A DNA stretch of 64,000 bases from Mesorhizobium sp. WSM3859 (GCF_002295065.1 NZ_NSGG01000001.1:270553-334552), one strand, 5' to 3'. Shown: positions 19,284-30,158, counted from the first letter of the stretch. The notes: generated by a model from the letters alone, not told the origin. Translations and numbers: made by a program.

Positions 19284-22200
19284 CTAAGCTGCGGCAAGCA
19301 GGCTGGCGTTCCCGCCGGCCGCCGTGGTGTCGACGCAGACCGCGCGCTCATGCGCGTAGGCCGCGGGGTTCAGCACTTCGCTGACCAGCGGCACGATCGG
19401 CCCGGCGCGCTCGGCGATCACCTTGCGCACGATTCGCGCCGCCTCCGGCGTGCCGGAGAAGGCGACGACATCGACACGCAGCGAGCGCGCCTCGACCGGG
19501 TGGGGCCGGCCGTCGATGGCCGCCAGCGGCAGACCCTTGCCGGTCAGCGCCGACAGCGCCGCCGGCGCGCCCGGCGCCACCGCCAGCACCGCATTGCCAG
19601 CCGCGAGCGCCTGGATCGTCTGGGCAAGCAGCGTCTCGGCATCCGGGCCAAGGCAAAGCACCCGGCCGCGCGGCGCCAGCGACAGCGTGTTGGCCTCGCC
19701 GGTCGGCCCGGGTAGGTCGACCTGGCCGAAATCGAGGCTGGCAGCGGCAGCGATTGCCGCCGCGCCCTTGCCGCGCAGATGCTTCCTCAGGATCGCCACG
19801 CGGTCCGGCCGCGTCGACCAGCCGCCGAGCGCCGGATCCGGCAGATTGTCGGCGAGCTCGGTCGCGGTCACCTTGTGGCCGTCGGCAACCTCGGTGCCGG
19901 CCTCCGGCCCCTTGCGGAAGCGGCGCAGATAATGCGGCCCGCCGGCCTTCGGGCCGGTGCCCGAAAGCCCCTCGCCGCCGAAGGGCTGTGAGCCAACCAC
20001 GGCGCCGATCTGGTTGCGGTTGACATAGATGTTGCCGGCATGGATGCCGTCGACGAAATGCTGGACGCGGCCCTCGATGCGCGTATGCAGGCCGAAGGTG
20101 AGCCCATAGCCCTTGCGGTTGATGGCGGCGATCACCTGGTCGATCTCGTCGGCGTCGAAGGTCGCGACATGCAGCACGGGACCGAACACCTCGCGCTCCA
20201 TCTCCTCGATGCCTTTGACGCGGAACACATGCGGCGCGACGAAGCGGCCGGAAGCCGGCGCTTCCAATTTCGCGATCAGCCGGCCCTCCAGTCCCTTCTT
20301 CTTGCAATAGTCGCTGATCGAAGCCTGCGCCTCGTCGTCGATGACAGGCCCGACATCGGTCGAGATGGCCCAGGGATTGCCGATGTTGAGCGCCTCCATC
20401 GCGCCTTTCAGCATCTCCAGCATCTTCTTCTCGACGTCTTTTTGGACATAGAGCACGCGCAGCGCCGAGCAGCGCTGCCCCGCACTCTGGAAGGCGGAAG
20501 CGAGTATGTCGCGCACCGCCTGCTCCGGCAGCGCGGTCGAGTCGACGATCATCGCGTTCAAGCCGCCCGTCTCGGCGATCAGCATCGCATCGGGCGCCGC
20601 GGTCTCGGCCAGTTGCTTTTCGATCAGCTTGGCGACCTCGGTCGAGCCGGTGAAGCACACGCCCGCGATGCGCGGATCGGCGGTGAGCGGCGCGCCGACC
20701 GAGGGCCCGTCGCCCGGCAGAAGCTGGATGACATCCTCCGGCACGCCCGCCTCGCGCAGCATCTCGACGGCGCGGAACGCGATCAGCGGCGTCTGCTCCG
20801 CCGGCTTGGCAATGACCGAATTGCCGGTGACCAGCGCCGCGGCGATCTGGCCGGTGAAGATCGCCAGCGGGAAGTTCCACGGCGAGATGCAGACGATCGC
20901 GCCGCGCGCCTCCGTACCCGCTTCGGCGTTCGCCGCCTCGGCCGCGTAGTAGCGCAGAAAATCGACCGCCTCGCGTACCTCGGCGACGCCGTCGGCCAGC
21001 GATTTGCCGGCCTCGCGGGTGGCGAGAGCGAAGAACTCGGCCGCATTGGCCTCGTAGAGGTCGGCGGCGCGGTTGAGGATCGCGGCGCGCTCGGCGACGG
21101 GGCGCTTCGCCCAGGCGGGCTGCGCGTCGACGGCGATGCGGACGGCGGTCGCCACCTGCTTGGCCGCCGCCTCATGCACGGTGCCGACGACCTCGTCGGG
21201 CTTGGCTGGATTGACGATCTGGCGCTGCTTGCCGTAGCCGGCGGCTCGCGTGACCGGCTTGGCGTGCCAGCGGTCCGCTCCGGCGAACTCCGCCCTCGCC
21301 TTGTCGATGGCCGCGAGCGTCACTGTGTCGCTGATATCGAAGCCCCTGGAATTGCGGCGTCCGGCGCCGAAGATCGCGGCGGGGCGCGCGATCGCCGGAT
21401 TGGCGGCAGGACCCTGCGTCTCGACAACCGTGAGCGGGTCGCGCGCGATCTCCTCCGGCTCGACTTCCTCGTCGGTCAGTTGGTGCACGAAGGAGGAGTT
21501 GGCGCCGTTTTCCAAGAGACGCCGTACCAGATAGGCCAGCAGGTCGGAATGCGCGCCGACCGGCGCATAGATGCGGCAGCGCGTGCCCTCAGCCTGCCGC
21601 ACGGTTTCATGCAGCGCCTCACCCATGCCGTGCAGGCGCTGGAACTCGAAGCTGTCGCGGTCCTTCGCCATCGACAGGATCGCCGCCACCGTGTGCGCAT
21701 TGTGCGTGGCGAACTGCGGATAGATGCGGTCGGTCATCGACAGCAGTTTCTTGGCACAGGCGATGTAGGAGACGTCGGTGTTGGCCTTGCGGGTGAAGAC
21801 CGGATAGCCGGAGAGCCCGAGCGTCTGCGCCCGCTTGATCTCCGTGTCCCAATAGGCGCCCTTGACCAGCCGCACCATGATCCGGCGGTCGTATTTCTTC
21901 GCCAGCGCATAGAGCCAGTCGATGGCGAAAGCCGCGCGCGGGCCGTAGGCTTGTACGACGACGCCGAAACCGTCCCAGCCGCCGAGCTCCGGCTCCGCCA
22001 GAACGCGTTCGATGACGTCGAGCGACAAATCGAGCCGGTCGGCCTCCTCGGCATCGATGTTGAGGCCCATGCGCGAATGCCGCGCGGCAAGCGCCAGCGA
22101 CAGAAGCCGCTCGGCCATCACGGGCAGCATGGTCTCGCGCTGCGCCACCTCGTAGCGCGGATGCAGCGCCGAGAGCTTGACCGAAATGCCGTGATTGTAG

Positions 22201-22892
22201 CGGATGTCGGGGCCGTTCGAGCCGGAGTCGAGCGACGAGATCGCATCCGCATAGGCGCGGTGGTAGCGCAGCGCATCGGCCTCGGTGCGGGCCGCTTCGC
22301 CCAGCATGTCGAAGGAATAGAGATAGCCCTTCTGCGTCATCGGCCGGCCGCGCTTGACGGCCTCGGCGATGGTGCGGCCGAGCACGAACTGCTCGCCCAT
22401 CTCGCGCATCGCAGCGGCGACCGCCTTGCGGATCACCGGCTCGCCCAGCCTGCGCACCATGGCGCGCAGCGTGCCTTCGATGCCGCCCTCGCCTTCGTCG
22501 AGCACGCGGCCGGTCAGCATCAGCGCCCAGGTCGAGGCGTTGACGAAGATCGAGCTGGTACCGCCCGAATGCGCCGACCAGTCATGCGGCGCGATCTTGT
22601 CCGCGATCAGATCGTCCATCGTCTCGGTATCGGGCACGCGCAGCAGCGCCTCGGCCAGACACATCAGCGCCACGCCTTCCTTAGTCGACAGGCCATAGGC
22701 CGAGAGGAAAACCTCCATCAGCCTGGGATCGGTCGAGCCGCGCACCGCGCGCACCAATTCGGCCGCGCGCGCCGAGATCGCCCTGCGCTCCTCGGCTGAC
22801 AAGCCCGCCGTCGCCGACAGGCGCTTCACCGCCTCGTCTTCGTCGGGCAAATAATTGGCGCGGATCTGCTGGCGGATGGCGTCGAGCGGCAT
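19284..22892 (-). CDS. putA: bifunctional proline dehydrogenase / L-glutamate gamma-semialdehyde (P5C) dehydrogenase PutA
   Basis: About 1200 aa with a PutA N-terminal domain, a PRODH TIM barrel and a C-terminal ALDH domain (FTGSTEVAK, catalytic-Cys region). The ATG at 22892 is preferred over the ORF-track TTG at 22997. Confidence 0.85.
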   Translation of the reverse strand: MPLDAIRQQIRANYLPDEDEAVKRLSATAGLSAEERRAISARAAELVRAVRGSTDPRLMEVFLSAYGLSTKEGVALMCLAEALLRVPDTETMDDLIADKIAPHDWSAHSGGTSSIFVNASTWALMLTGRVLDEGEGGIEGTLRAMVRRLGEPVIRKAVAAAMREMGEQFVLGRTIAEAVKRGRPMTQKGYLYSFDMLGEAARTEADALRYHRAYADAISSLDSGSNGPDIRYNHGISVKLSALHPRYEVAQRETMLPVMAERLLSLALAARHSRMGLNIDAEEADRLDLSLDVIERVLAEPELGGWDGFGVVVQAYGPRAAFAIDWLYALAKKYDRRIMVRLVKGAYWDTEIKRAQTLGLSGYPVFTRKANTDVSYIACAKKLLSMTDRIYPQFATHNAHTVAAILSMAKDRDSFEFQRLHGMGEALHETVRQAEGTRCRIYAPVGAHSDLLAYLVRRLLENGANSSFVHQLTDEEVEPEEIARDPLTVVETQGPAANPAIARPAAIFGAGRRNSRGFDISDTVTLAAIDKARAEFAGADRWHAKPVTRAAGYGKQRQIVNPAKPDEVVGTVHEAAAKQVATAVRIAVDAQPAWAKRPVAERAAILNRAADLYEANAAEFFALATREAGKSLADGVAEVREAVDFLRYYAAEAANAEAGTEARGAIVCISPWNFPLAIFTGQIAAALVTGNSVIAKPAEQTPLIAFRAVEMLREAGVPEDVIQLLPGDGPSVGAPLTADPRIAGVCFTGSTEVAKLIEKQLAETAAPDAMLIAETGGLNAMIVDSTALPEQAVRDILASAFQSAGQRCSALRVLYVQKDVEKKMLEMLKGAMEALNIGNPWAISTDVGPVIDDEAQASISDYCKKKGLEGRLIAKLEAPASGRFVAPHVFRVKGIEEMEREVFGPVLHVATFDADEIDQVIAAINRKGYGLTFGLHTRIEGRVQHFVDGIHAGNIYVNRNQIGAVVGSQPFGGEGLSGTGPKAGGPHYLRRFRKGPEAGTEVADGHKVTATELADNLPDPALGGWSTRPDRVAILRKHLRGKGAAAIAAAASLDFGQVDLPGPTGEANTLSLAPRGRVLCLGPDAETLLAQTIQALAAGNAVLAVAPGAPAALSALTGKGLPLAAIDGRPHPVEARSLRVDVVAFSGTPEAARIVRKVIAERAGPIVPLVSEVLNPAAYAHERAVCVDTTAAGGNASLLAAA

Positions 22893-23055
22893 ATCGGGTC
22901 CATAAAGCGAGCGTGAGCGAACGGTCTGGCGGCCGCCGGACCGAATGGCGCAAGCTAGCACAGCTGCGATTTTCAGTCGGTCCAAAGAAATCGACAAGAT
23001 AGGCCAATTGAACTATCATAGACGCCGATCTCCCATCGTTACGGCTGCCAAATCC

Positions 23056-23508
23056 ATGGCCGAAGACCAATTGGACCGCATCGACCGCAACATCCTGGCC
23101 GCGCTCGGGCGCGACGGCCGGCTTTCGATGTCGGAACTGGCTTTGAAGGTCGGCTTGTCGAAGACGCCGGTGCAGGCGCGCGTGAAGCGGCTTGAGAAGG
23201 ACGGCTATATTCGAGGCTATCGCGCCGTCATCGACCGCGAACGCATGGGCGAAGGCCATGTCGCTTTCGTCCAGGTGAAGCTGTCGGACACGCGCTCGGC
23301 GGCATTGGACGCCTTCAACCGCGCGGTGCAGGGCGTGCCGGAGATCGAGCAATGCCACATGATGGCATCGAGCTTCGACTATCTGTTGAAGGTCCGCACC
23401 ACCGACATCGCCGCCTATCGCCGGGTGCTCGGCGAGCGCATTTCCGCGCTGCCCCATGTCGCCCAGACGTCCACTTTCGTGGCGATGGAGACTGTCAAGG
23501 ATCGTTAG
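23056..23508 (+). CDS. putR: Lrp/AsnC family transcriptional regulator (proline utilisation activator PutR-like)
   Basis: 150 aa with an AsnC HTH (ILAALGRDGRLSMSELALKVGLSKTPVQARVKRLEKDGYI) and a RAM domain. It is divergent from putA, as in rhizobia and Agrobacterium. Confidence 0.8.
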   Translation: MAEDQLDRIDRNILAALGRDGRLSMSELALKVGLSKTPVQARVKRLEKDGYIRGYRAVIDRERMGEGHVAFVQVKLSDTRSAALDAFNRAVQGVPEIEQCHMMASSFDYLLKVRTTDIAAYRRVLGERISALPHVAQTSTFVAMETVKDR

Positions 23509-24713
23509 TCCGACAACGTTTTCAAGAACGCCACCAGCGCCGCGCGCTCGCGCTCGGACAGGTCGAGCGGGTGCACCTCAGATACGCCTTCGACGCTGGG
23601 CGGCGCCTTCGAATAATGCGCCACCACCTCCTCGAGTGTCGCGAACTGCCCGGCATGCATGTAGGGCGGCCGGGTCGCGGCGCCCCTGAGCGACGGCGTC
23701 TTGTAGGCGCGCATGATTTGCGGCCCGTCCTTGACCATGAAGCGCAGCTCGCGGCAGGCGCTCTCGTCGCCGTCGCGGAATTTGCCAAGGCAGTTGAACG
23801 GGTCGGCGTCGACCTGCGCGACGGCATCCACGCGCCCGCGGTCCGGCGGCAATCCTTCAACCGGCGGCACCCCGGTGTTGTGGAAGCCGTTGTCGGTGAA
23901 GCGCGGCCCGTTGTGACAGGTCACGCAATTGGCCTTGCCGATGAACAGTTTCAGCCCGAGGATCTCTTCCGGCGAGAATGCAGCATCCCCTTCCGGCTTG
24001 GCGCCGGTACCGAGATCGATGGCAAAGCGGTCGAAGCGCGTCTGCTGAAGATCAATCGAACGCTCGAAGGCGGCGATGGCCTTGCCGATATTGGCATAGA
24101 CGCGGTTGACGTCATCTTGCTGAGCGGCGGGCATGGCGCTCCACGCCGTTTTCTCGGCATCGGTGCCGAGCGGGCTGGCATTGGCCGGCACGGTGGAAAG
24201 GTCGGGCAGCGATCCGAAAATGCGCTCATAGCGCTCGCCGAACCGCTTCTTGATGTAATGCGCGAAGGCGGCCCGGTTGCCAGCCTGTTCCAGCGGGTTT
24301 TCAAGCGGCGTTAGCGCCTGCGCCCACAGGCTGTCGCGCCTGCCGTCCCAGAAGAACCACGGATTGCGCGCCACGCCCGCCAGCGGCATGGTGCGCCGGT
24401 TGGTGTGGCCGACGCCGACCGCCTGCGGCAGGTCGTCCTGGAACTGCCGGTCGATCTTGTGGCAGGTCGAGCAGGACACCGTGCCGTCACGGCTCATGCC
24501 GACATCGAAGAACAGGGTCGAGCCGAGCGCGGCAGCCGCCGGCGCATCCGCATACTGGTTCGTGGTGTCGGGTTTCAACGACGGCAGCGTGTTCAGCGCC
24601 AGTGACGCGATGGCCTTCTTCTCGGCGTCGCTGAATTGCGGCTCGCCGCAGCCGCCCAGCAAGGCAAGAGCGGCCAAGGCCAGCAGGCATGGAACGCTCG
24701 TCAGACGCCTCAT
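23505..24713 (-). CDS. di-heme cytochrome c peroxidase (CCP/MauG family), lipoprotein-type signal
   Basis: About 400 aa with two CxxCH heme motifs (CSTCH, CVTCH) and a signal peptide with a GGC lipobox-like site. Confidence 0.8.
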   Translation of the reverse strand: MRRLTSVPCLLALAALALLGGCGEPQFSDAEKKAIASLALNTLPSLKPDTTNQYADAPAAAALGSTLFFDVGMSRDGTVSCSTCHKIDRQFQDDLPQAVGVGHTNRRTMPLAGVARNPWFFWDGRRDSLWAQALTPLENPLEQAGNRAAFAHYIKKRFGERYERIFGSLPDLSTVPANASPLGTDAEKTAWSAMPAAQQDDVNRVYANIGKAIAAFERSIDLQQTRFDRFAIDLGTGAKPEGDAAFSPEEILGLKLFIGKANCVTCHNGPRFTDNGFHNTGVPPVEGLPPDRGRVDAVAQVDADPFNCLGKFRDGDESACRELRFMVKDGPQIMRAYKTPSLRGAATRPPYMHAGQFATLEEVVAHYSKAPPSVEGVSEVHPLDLSERERAALVAFLKTLSD

Positions 24714-24720
24714 CGCCCGC

Positions 24721-25164
24721 TCACAACACGACATTGAAGACGACGGAATCGGAACCGGCCGCCGCCGAGATACCGAAGTGCAGCTGCCACCAGCCGCTCA
24801 TCGTGAATTTTATACCGTCGATACGGTAGCGCCCGTCGCCCAGATAATCGGTCGCCTGCGGACTGGTCGGCAGGCCGTGATCGTGCTGCGGCATGCCGCC
24901 AGAAACGGTGATGGCCGCCCCCTCGACCGGCGCGCCGGCAGCGGTTTTCAACGTCAGCATCCAAGACTGCAGCTCCCCCTGCCGGACGACGCCGCGCTCC
25001 GGCTCGAAGCTCGCCACGAACAGCCCGTTCGCTGTCTTCTTGGAGCGCGACAGGTCCGGACCGGACGCCGAATGCGGCAGCGTCAGATAGACGGCGGCCA
25101 TGATGCCGACCAGCAAAGCGGCCAGGCCGAGACCCGCAAGGATGTAACGCCATATCGATGCCAA
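24721..25164 (-). CDS. hypothetical membrane-anchored protein (FixH/YtkA-like beta-sandwich?), upstream of and overlapping ccp
   Basis: 147 aa with an N-terminal TM (ILAGLGLAALLVGIMAAVY). Its 3' end overlaps the ccp start region by 14 nt, which suggests translational coupling. Confidence 0.45.
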   Translation of the reverse strand: MASIWRYILAGLGLAALLVGIMAAVYLTLPHSASGPDLSRSKKTANGLFVASFEPERGVVRQGELQSWMLTLKTAAGAPVEGAAITVSGGMPQHDHGLPTSPQATDYLGDGRYRIDGIKFTMSGWWQLHFGISAAAGSDSVVFNVVL

Positions 25165-25321
25165 ACCCGTTCCTCTTCGGCTGCTAACGTCGCGGGCCGC
25201 TCGTCGCGTCCCGCCCTGCCTGTGGGAAATCGTTTCTGGCGCAAAATTCGCCGGCAGCCAAGCATGGCGCTGCCGGCCGCAAAAAGCTACAGCAACAAGA
25301 CCTTAAGAAGGATAGACCCAC

Positions 25322-26242
25322 ATGGCCGCCAAGGGTATCGCGTCGATCGGCGAGTGCATGATCGAATTGTCGGGACAGACCGGCGACAGCTGGCGCATGG
25401 GCTTTGCCGGCGACACCTTCAACACGCTGTGGGCATTGCACGCGCTGAGCCCGGGGCGCCCCGCGACTTATGTCTCGGCCTTCGGCGACGATCCCTTCTC
25501 GCGCGACCAGATCGCCTTCTTCGGCCGGAACGGCATCGGTATCGGCAACAGTCCGCTCATTGCCGGCGCGCGCCCCGGCCTTTACGCCATAACGCTCACC
25601 GGAGCCGAACGCGCCTTCACCTACTGGCGAAGCGATGCGGCCGCACGCCAGCTCGCCTCCGATCCGGCAGCGCTGGCGAAAAGCCTTGAAAACCAGGCGC
25701 TTGTCTATTTTTCTGGAATCACCCTGGCAATTCTGGACGAGGCCGCGCGGAAGACCTTGCTGACCGCCATCGGGGCAGCCCGCGAGGCGGGTTCGCTCGT
25801 CGCCTTCGACCCGAACTACCGGCCGCGTCTGTGGCCGAGCCGCGAAGCGGCGCAGGCGGCGATGTTGGAAGCGCTTGCGGTGGCCGACGTCGCGCTGCCG
25901 ACCTTCCCGGACGAGCAGATGCTGTTCGGGGATCCGACGCCGCAGGCGACGGCGGAACGCCTTGGCAAGCTGACCGGCGAGGTCGTGGTCAAGAATGGCG
26001 AGCAGCCGGCCCTGATTGCGCTTAACGGCGCTTCACAAACCGTGGATGCGGTGCATGTTGCCACGCCGGTCGACACCACCGGCGCCGGAGACTCCTTCAA
26101 TGGCGGCTATCTCGCGGCGAGACTTGCCGGCCATGCGCCGGCCGACGCGGCTCGTCGCGCGCACAAAGTCGCCGCCGCGGTCGTGCAGGTTCGCGGTGCG
26201 CTTGCTCCATTCGAGACGCTCAGGACCGCATTCGACAGTTAA
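25322..26242 (+). CDS. PfkB-family sugar kinase (2-dehydro-3-deoxygluconokinase-like)
   Basis: 306 aa. It has the C-terminal PfkB motif (DTTGAGDSFNGGYLA) and an AAGGAT RBS. Confidence 0.75.
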   Translation: MAAKGIASIGECMIELSGQTGDSWRMGFAGDTFNTLWALHALSPGRPATYVSAFGDDPFSRDQIAFFGRNGIGIGNSPLIAGARPGLYAITLTGAERAFTYWRSDAAARQLASDPAALAKSLENQALVYFSGITLAILDEAARKTLLTAIGAAREAGSLVAFDPNYRPRLWPSREAAQAAMLEALAVADVALPTFPDEQMLFGDPTPQATAERLGKLTGEVVVKNGEQPALIALNGASQTVDAVHVATPVDTTGAGDSFNGGYLAARLAGHAPADAARRAHKVAAAVVQVRGALAPFETLRTAFDS

Positions 26243-26287
26243 GCGCCGTCGAAGCTTTAGCGCACATTACTTCGATATCGAGAAACT

Positions 26288-27313
26288 TTACGGCAAACGG
26301 AACCGGTATTCCGTGACCTGATGATAGATCTGCCCTGGCCACAATGTGGCCTGCGGGAAATAAGGCCGGTTCGGCGCGTCCGGCCAGGTCTGCGCTTCGA
26401 GGCAGAGGCCTGAAAACGCCTTGTAGTGGCGGCCGTCGAGCCCCGGCGATGCCGGCGCGACGAACTGGCCGCTATAGAGCTGCAGTCCAGGCTCGGTGGT
26501 CCAGACTTCCATCTCGACGCCGGAATTGGCGCCTTGCACCCAGGCAGCCTGGTGCAGCGGCCCGCGGCTGGAGGCGAGGCAGTAATTCAGGTCGTATTGA
26601 AGCTGCTCGCCCTCCATTTCCATGCGCAGCGCCCGCGCCTGGCGGAAATCGAAAGGCGTGCCGTCGACCGGCTTCACCACGCCAGTCGGGATCATCTCGT
26701 CATCGACGGGCGTGTAGGCGCCGGCATTGAGCATCAGCCGATGGTCGAGGATGTAGCCGGCGCCGCCATCGTCGAGATTGAAATAGGAGTGCTGCGCCAG
26801 ATTGCAGAGCGTCGGCTCCTCGCAAGTCGCGGTCAGTTCCATGCTGAGCGTGCCGGGGATCTTCAGCCGATAGGTGCAGGTGACGTCGAGCGCGCCGGGA
26901 AAACCCATCGCGCCGTCCGGATCGTGCAGTGTCAGCGTCACGAAATCGCGGCCATGCAGCGACACGGTCCATGGCCGGTGGAAATAGCCTTCCGAGCCGC
27001 CATGCAGTGTGTGCTTGCCGAGAAAATTCCGCTCCGTCTGGTAGCGGTTGCCCGCGATCGTGAAACGGCCGCCGCCGATGCGGTTGGCGAAGCGGCCGAC
27101 CACGGCGCCGAAGAAAGCGCGGTCGGTCTCGTAAGGTTCGAAACGGTCGTAGCCCAGCACCAGCGGCGCGTCGTGGCCGGAAAGGCGCAGGTCCTGGACG
27201 ATCGCGCCAAGCCCGATGATGTTGGCGGTGAGCCCGCCTCCCTGGATCGTGAACCGGCGCACGGCCTCGCCCGCCTGCGTCGTGCCGAAGACCTCGCCGT
27301 CCTTCATCGCCAT
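26288..27313 (-). CDS. aldose 1-epimerase (galactose mutarotase)
   Basis: 341 aa with the Aldose_epim family pattern (NAGAYTP...HSYFNL). Confidence 0.75.
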   Translation of the reverse strand: MAMKDGEVFGTTQAGEAVRRFTIQGGGLTANIIGLGAIVQDLRLSGHDAPLVLGYDRFEPYETDRAFFGAVVGRFANRIGGGRFTIAGNRYQTERNFLGKHTLHGGSEGYFHRPWTVSLHGRDFVTLTLHDPDGAMGFPGALDVTCTYRLKIPGTLSMELTATCEEPTLCNLAQHSYFNLDDGGAGYILDHRLMLNAGAYTPVDDEMIPTGVVKPVDGTPFDFRQARALRMEMEGEQLQYDLNYCLASSRGPLHQAAWVQGANSGVEMEVWTTEPGLQLYSGQFVAPASPGLDGRHYKAFSGLCLEAQTWPDAPNRPYFPQATLWPGQIYHQVTEYRFRLP

Positions 27314-27369
27314 GCCCGAAATGTCATTTCCGATCCGTCGATTTAGGCCGGCCTCGTATCATCCGGCAA

Positions 27370-27390
27370 GGGCAGGCTAAACGCCTGCCC
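27370..27390 (-). terminator. GC-rich hairpin (GGGCAGGC-taaac-GCCTGCCC) downstream of gabD; possible intrinsic terminator lacking a clear U-tract
   Basis: A perfect 8-bp stem with a 5-nt loop lies in the gabD / epimerase intergenic region. There is no T-run, so function is uncertain. Confidence 0.3.
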
Positions 27391-27407
27391 CTTTCAAGGG
27401 ATCAGGA

Positions 27408-28865
27408 TCAGAGCCCCAAGCCGCCGAAGCAGGCATATTTGGTGTCGAGATAGTCCTCGATACCCTGATGCCCGCCTTCGCGGCCGAGACCCGATTCCTT
27501 GACGCCGCCGAACGGCGCCTCCGGCGTGGTGATCAGGCCTTCATTGACGCCGACCATGCCGTATTTCAGGCCTTCCATGACCCGGAAGGCGCGGCCGAGA
27601 TTGCCGGTGTAGAAATAAGCGGCCAGGCCGAACTCGGTGTCATTGGCCAAGGCCACCGCCTCTTCCTCGGTCTCGAACTTGAACACGGGCGCGATCGGCC
27701 CAAAGATCTCTTCCTTCATGAAGCGCATGTTCGGCGTGGCGCCGGAGATCACCGTCGGCTGGAAGAACGAGCCGCCAAGCGCATGGCGCTTGCCACCGGC
27801 GACGACCTTGCCGCCCTTGGACGTCGCGTCGGCGATGAATTCCTCGACCTTCTCGACCGCCTTCTCATCGATCAGCGGTCCCTGCTGCACGCCTTCCTCG
27901 AGGCCCGAGCCGACCTTGAGGTTGTTGCTGGCGGCGGCGAGCTTCTCGACGAACTGGTCATAGATGCCTGCCTGGACGAGGAAGCGGTTGGTGCACACGC
28001 AGGTCTGGCCGGAATTGCGGTATTTCGCGGTGATGGCGCCGGCCACCGCGCGGTCGACATCAGCGTCGTCGAAGACCAGGAACGGCGCGTTGCCGCCGAG
28101 CTCCATCGACACCTTCTTGACCGTCGTGGCGGACTTCTGGATCAGCAGCTTGCCGATCTCGGTCGAGCCGGTGAAGGTGATCTTCTTGACCAGCGGGTTG
28201 GTGCAGAGTTCGTCGCCGATTTCGCCGGCCGAACCGGTGACGACATTGACGACACCCTTCGGGAAGCCGACTTCCTCGACGAGCGCACCCCAGGCAAGGC
28301 CGGAATAAGGCGTCTGCGAGGCGGGCTTAACCACGGCCGTGCAGCCTGCGGCCAAGGCCGGACCGATCTTGCGCGCGAGCATCGAGGACGGAAAATTCCA
28401 CGGCGTGATGGCGGCGATGACGCCGACCGGCTCCTTGGTCACCAGGATGCGGCGGTCGCCCCAGGGCGACGGAACGATGTCGCCATAGACGCGGCGGCCC
28501 TCCTCGGCGAACCACAGGATGTAGGCCGCGGACGAGCCGATCTCGCCCTTGGATTCGGCGAGCGACTTGCCCTGCTCGATGGTCAGCAGCTCGGCCAGCA
28601 CGTCCTGATTGTCCATCATCGCGTCATGCAGCTTGCGCAACAGCTTCGAGCGCTCGAGCGCGGTGGTCTTGCGCCAGCTCTTGAAGGCTTCCTCGGCCGC
28701 CTCGATGGCGCGGCGGGTCTCGGCCTTGCCGGCCTTCGGCACGGTGCCGATCTTGAGGCCCGTCGCCGGATTGTTGACGTCTATGGTCTGGCCGCTGTCG
28801 GCCTGAACCCATTCGCCATTGATGAGATTGGCCTGGCGCATGAAATGGCTGGTTTTCTGAAGCAT
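27408..28865 (-). CDS. gabD: NAD(P)-dependent succinate-semialdehyde dehydrogenase
   Basis: About 485 aa of the ALDH superfamily (ELGGNAP, catalytic CVCTNR). The start is at MLQKTSHF with a GGAGG RBS. Confidence 0.8.
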   Translation of the reverse strand: MLQKTSHFMRQANLINGEWVQADSGQTIDVNNPATGLKIGTVPKAGKAETRRAIEAAEEAFKSWRKTTALERSKLLRKLHDAMMDNQDVLAELLTIEQGKSLAESKGEIGSSAAYILWFAEEGRRVYGDIVPSPWGDRRILVTKEPVGVIAAITPWNFPSSMLARKIGPALAAGCTAVVKPASQTPYSGLAWGALVEEVGFPKGVVNVVTGSAGEIGDELCTNPLVKKITFTGSTEIGKLLIQKSATTVKKVSMELGGNAPFLVFDDADVDRAVAGAITAKYRNSGQTCVCTNRFLVQAGIYDQFVEKLAAASNNLKVGSGLEEGVQQGPLIDEKAVEKVEEFIADATSKGGKVVAGGKRHALGGSFFQPTVISGATPNMRFMKEEIFGPIAPVFKFETEEEAVALANDTEFGLAAYFYTGNLGRAFRVMEGLKYGMVGVNEGLITTPEAPFGGVKESGLGREGGHQGIEDYLDTKYACFGGLGL

Positions 28866-29044
28866 GGTCTGGCCTCCGTTCGGCGCGCTGATCGCGCCGC
28901 TTTTTTCTGGATATCCGTTGAAGCGTGCTTCAAGAGCCGCACGCCGGCGCATTGCTCTTACCTAGGGAAAGGCAGGCAAGCAATCACAAGATGGCATATA
29001 GGGGTTGGGCCAGCAAAGGCGAGCCGCGTTCGGCTTGCCGACGC

Positions 29045-29995
29045 TTATCCGAAAATATGCACGACCACAGTCAGCCAGAACGACGTGGTCACCACCGCAC
29101 TTGCGGTGGCAAGCGTCATCTGGTTCGAGGCCAGCGCCTGGCCGGTGTTGAACTGGACGGCGATCAGATAGGAATTGATGCCCGACGGCAGCGCCGCGGC
29201 GACGACCGCGACCTTGGAGGTCAGCGGCGGCAGACCGAGCAGCCAGACGAAGACCAGCACCAGCGCCGGCATCAGGAACAGCTTCAGCACCGACAGCGCC
29301 AGCGCCGGCCGGATATTGCCGGAGATGCCGAAGCGGCGCAGGCTGAGCCCCATGGCGAACAGCGCCACCGGGCCTGCCGTATCGGCAAGCGTGTCGACCA
29401 GCCGCTCGACGAGGTCAGGCAGCGGCGCGCCAGTGAGGCGCCAGGCGAGCCCCGCCAGGATGCCGATGATCAGCGGATTGATGAACAGGCGCCTGAGGAA
29501 GCTTTTGACGACGCGCAGCGGGTGGACCGTCTCGCCGCTGCCGCGCCCGAACATCTCGAACAGCACGATCGAGGCCATCATCATGATCGGCAGGTGGATC
29601 GAGACCAGCAGCGACAGCACCTCGAAGCCGCTCGCGCCGAATATGCCCAGGATGAACGGCGCGCCGAGCAGCACGACATTGGAATAGGCCGAGGAAACGC
29701 CCCCGACGATGCCCGCGCGGGCATCCCGCCCGAAGACGCGCGTCATCACCAGATGGCCCGCGGCCCAGGTGATTGCGACGGCAGCGAAATAGGCGCCCCA
29801 CAGCGACCATGGCGCCACACCGTGGAAATCCGACTTGACCATGGTCTGGAAGAGCAGCAGCGGCATCGCCACGTTGACGGCGAATTCGGAAATACCCTCC
29901 CCGCTGACCGGCTTCAGGTAGCCGGTCAGCCCGGCCAGATAGCCGAGCGCCACGAGACTGAAGACGAAGAGGACGGTTTCGGTGAGCGGAGTCAT
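29045..29995 (-). CDS. AEC (auxin efflux carrier) family transporter
   Basis: About 316 aa of polytopic membrane protein. The start is at MTPLTETVLF. The antisense ORF 28925..30148 (+) is rejected. Confidence 0.7.
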   Translation of the reverse strand: MTPLTETVLFVFSLVALGYLAGLTGYLKPVSGEGISEFAVNVAMPLLLFQTMVKSDFHGVAPWSLWGAYFAAVAITWAAGHLVMTRVFGRDARAGIVGGVSSAYSNVVLLGAPFILGIFGASGFEVLSLLVSIHLPIMMMASIVLFEMFGRGSGETVHPLRVVKSFLRRLFINPLIIGILAGLAWRLTGAPLPDLVERLVDTLADTAGPVALFAMGLSLRRFGISGNIRPALALSVLKLFLMPALVLVFVWLLGLPPLTSKVAVVAAALPSGINSYLIAVQFNTGQALASNQMTLATASAVVTTSFWLTVVVHIFG

Positions 29996-30158
29996 TTTGC
30001 GGGCGGGGACATTTTTCCCGTGATAGGCGAGCCCCGACCGCGGTGCAATTGGCGCAGCGCGCCTATCTCTTGCGCCTCCGCTTGTTTTCCGGCCGGCTTT
30101 GCGGTCCCTATATGCCGACCATGGCCCCAAATCCCCGGGTCGCCATAAGGGACTTCCG

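Noticed and set aside
19348-22799. 510-aa minus-strand ORF and 919-aa plus-strand ORF inside putA
   Set aside because: They are alternative-frame or antisense ORFs within putA. PutA has full-length family similarity in its own frame.
28925-30148. 407-aa plus-strand ORF
   Set aside because: It is antisense to the AEC transporter. It has Arg/Gln/Asp-rich low complexity.
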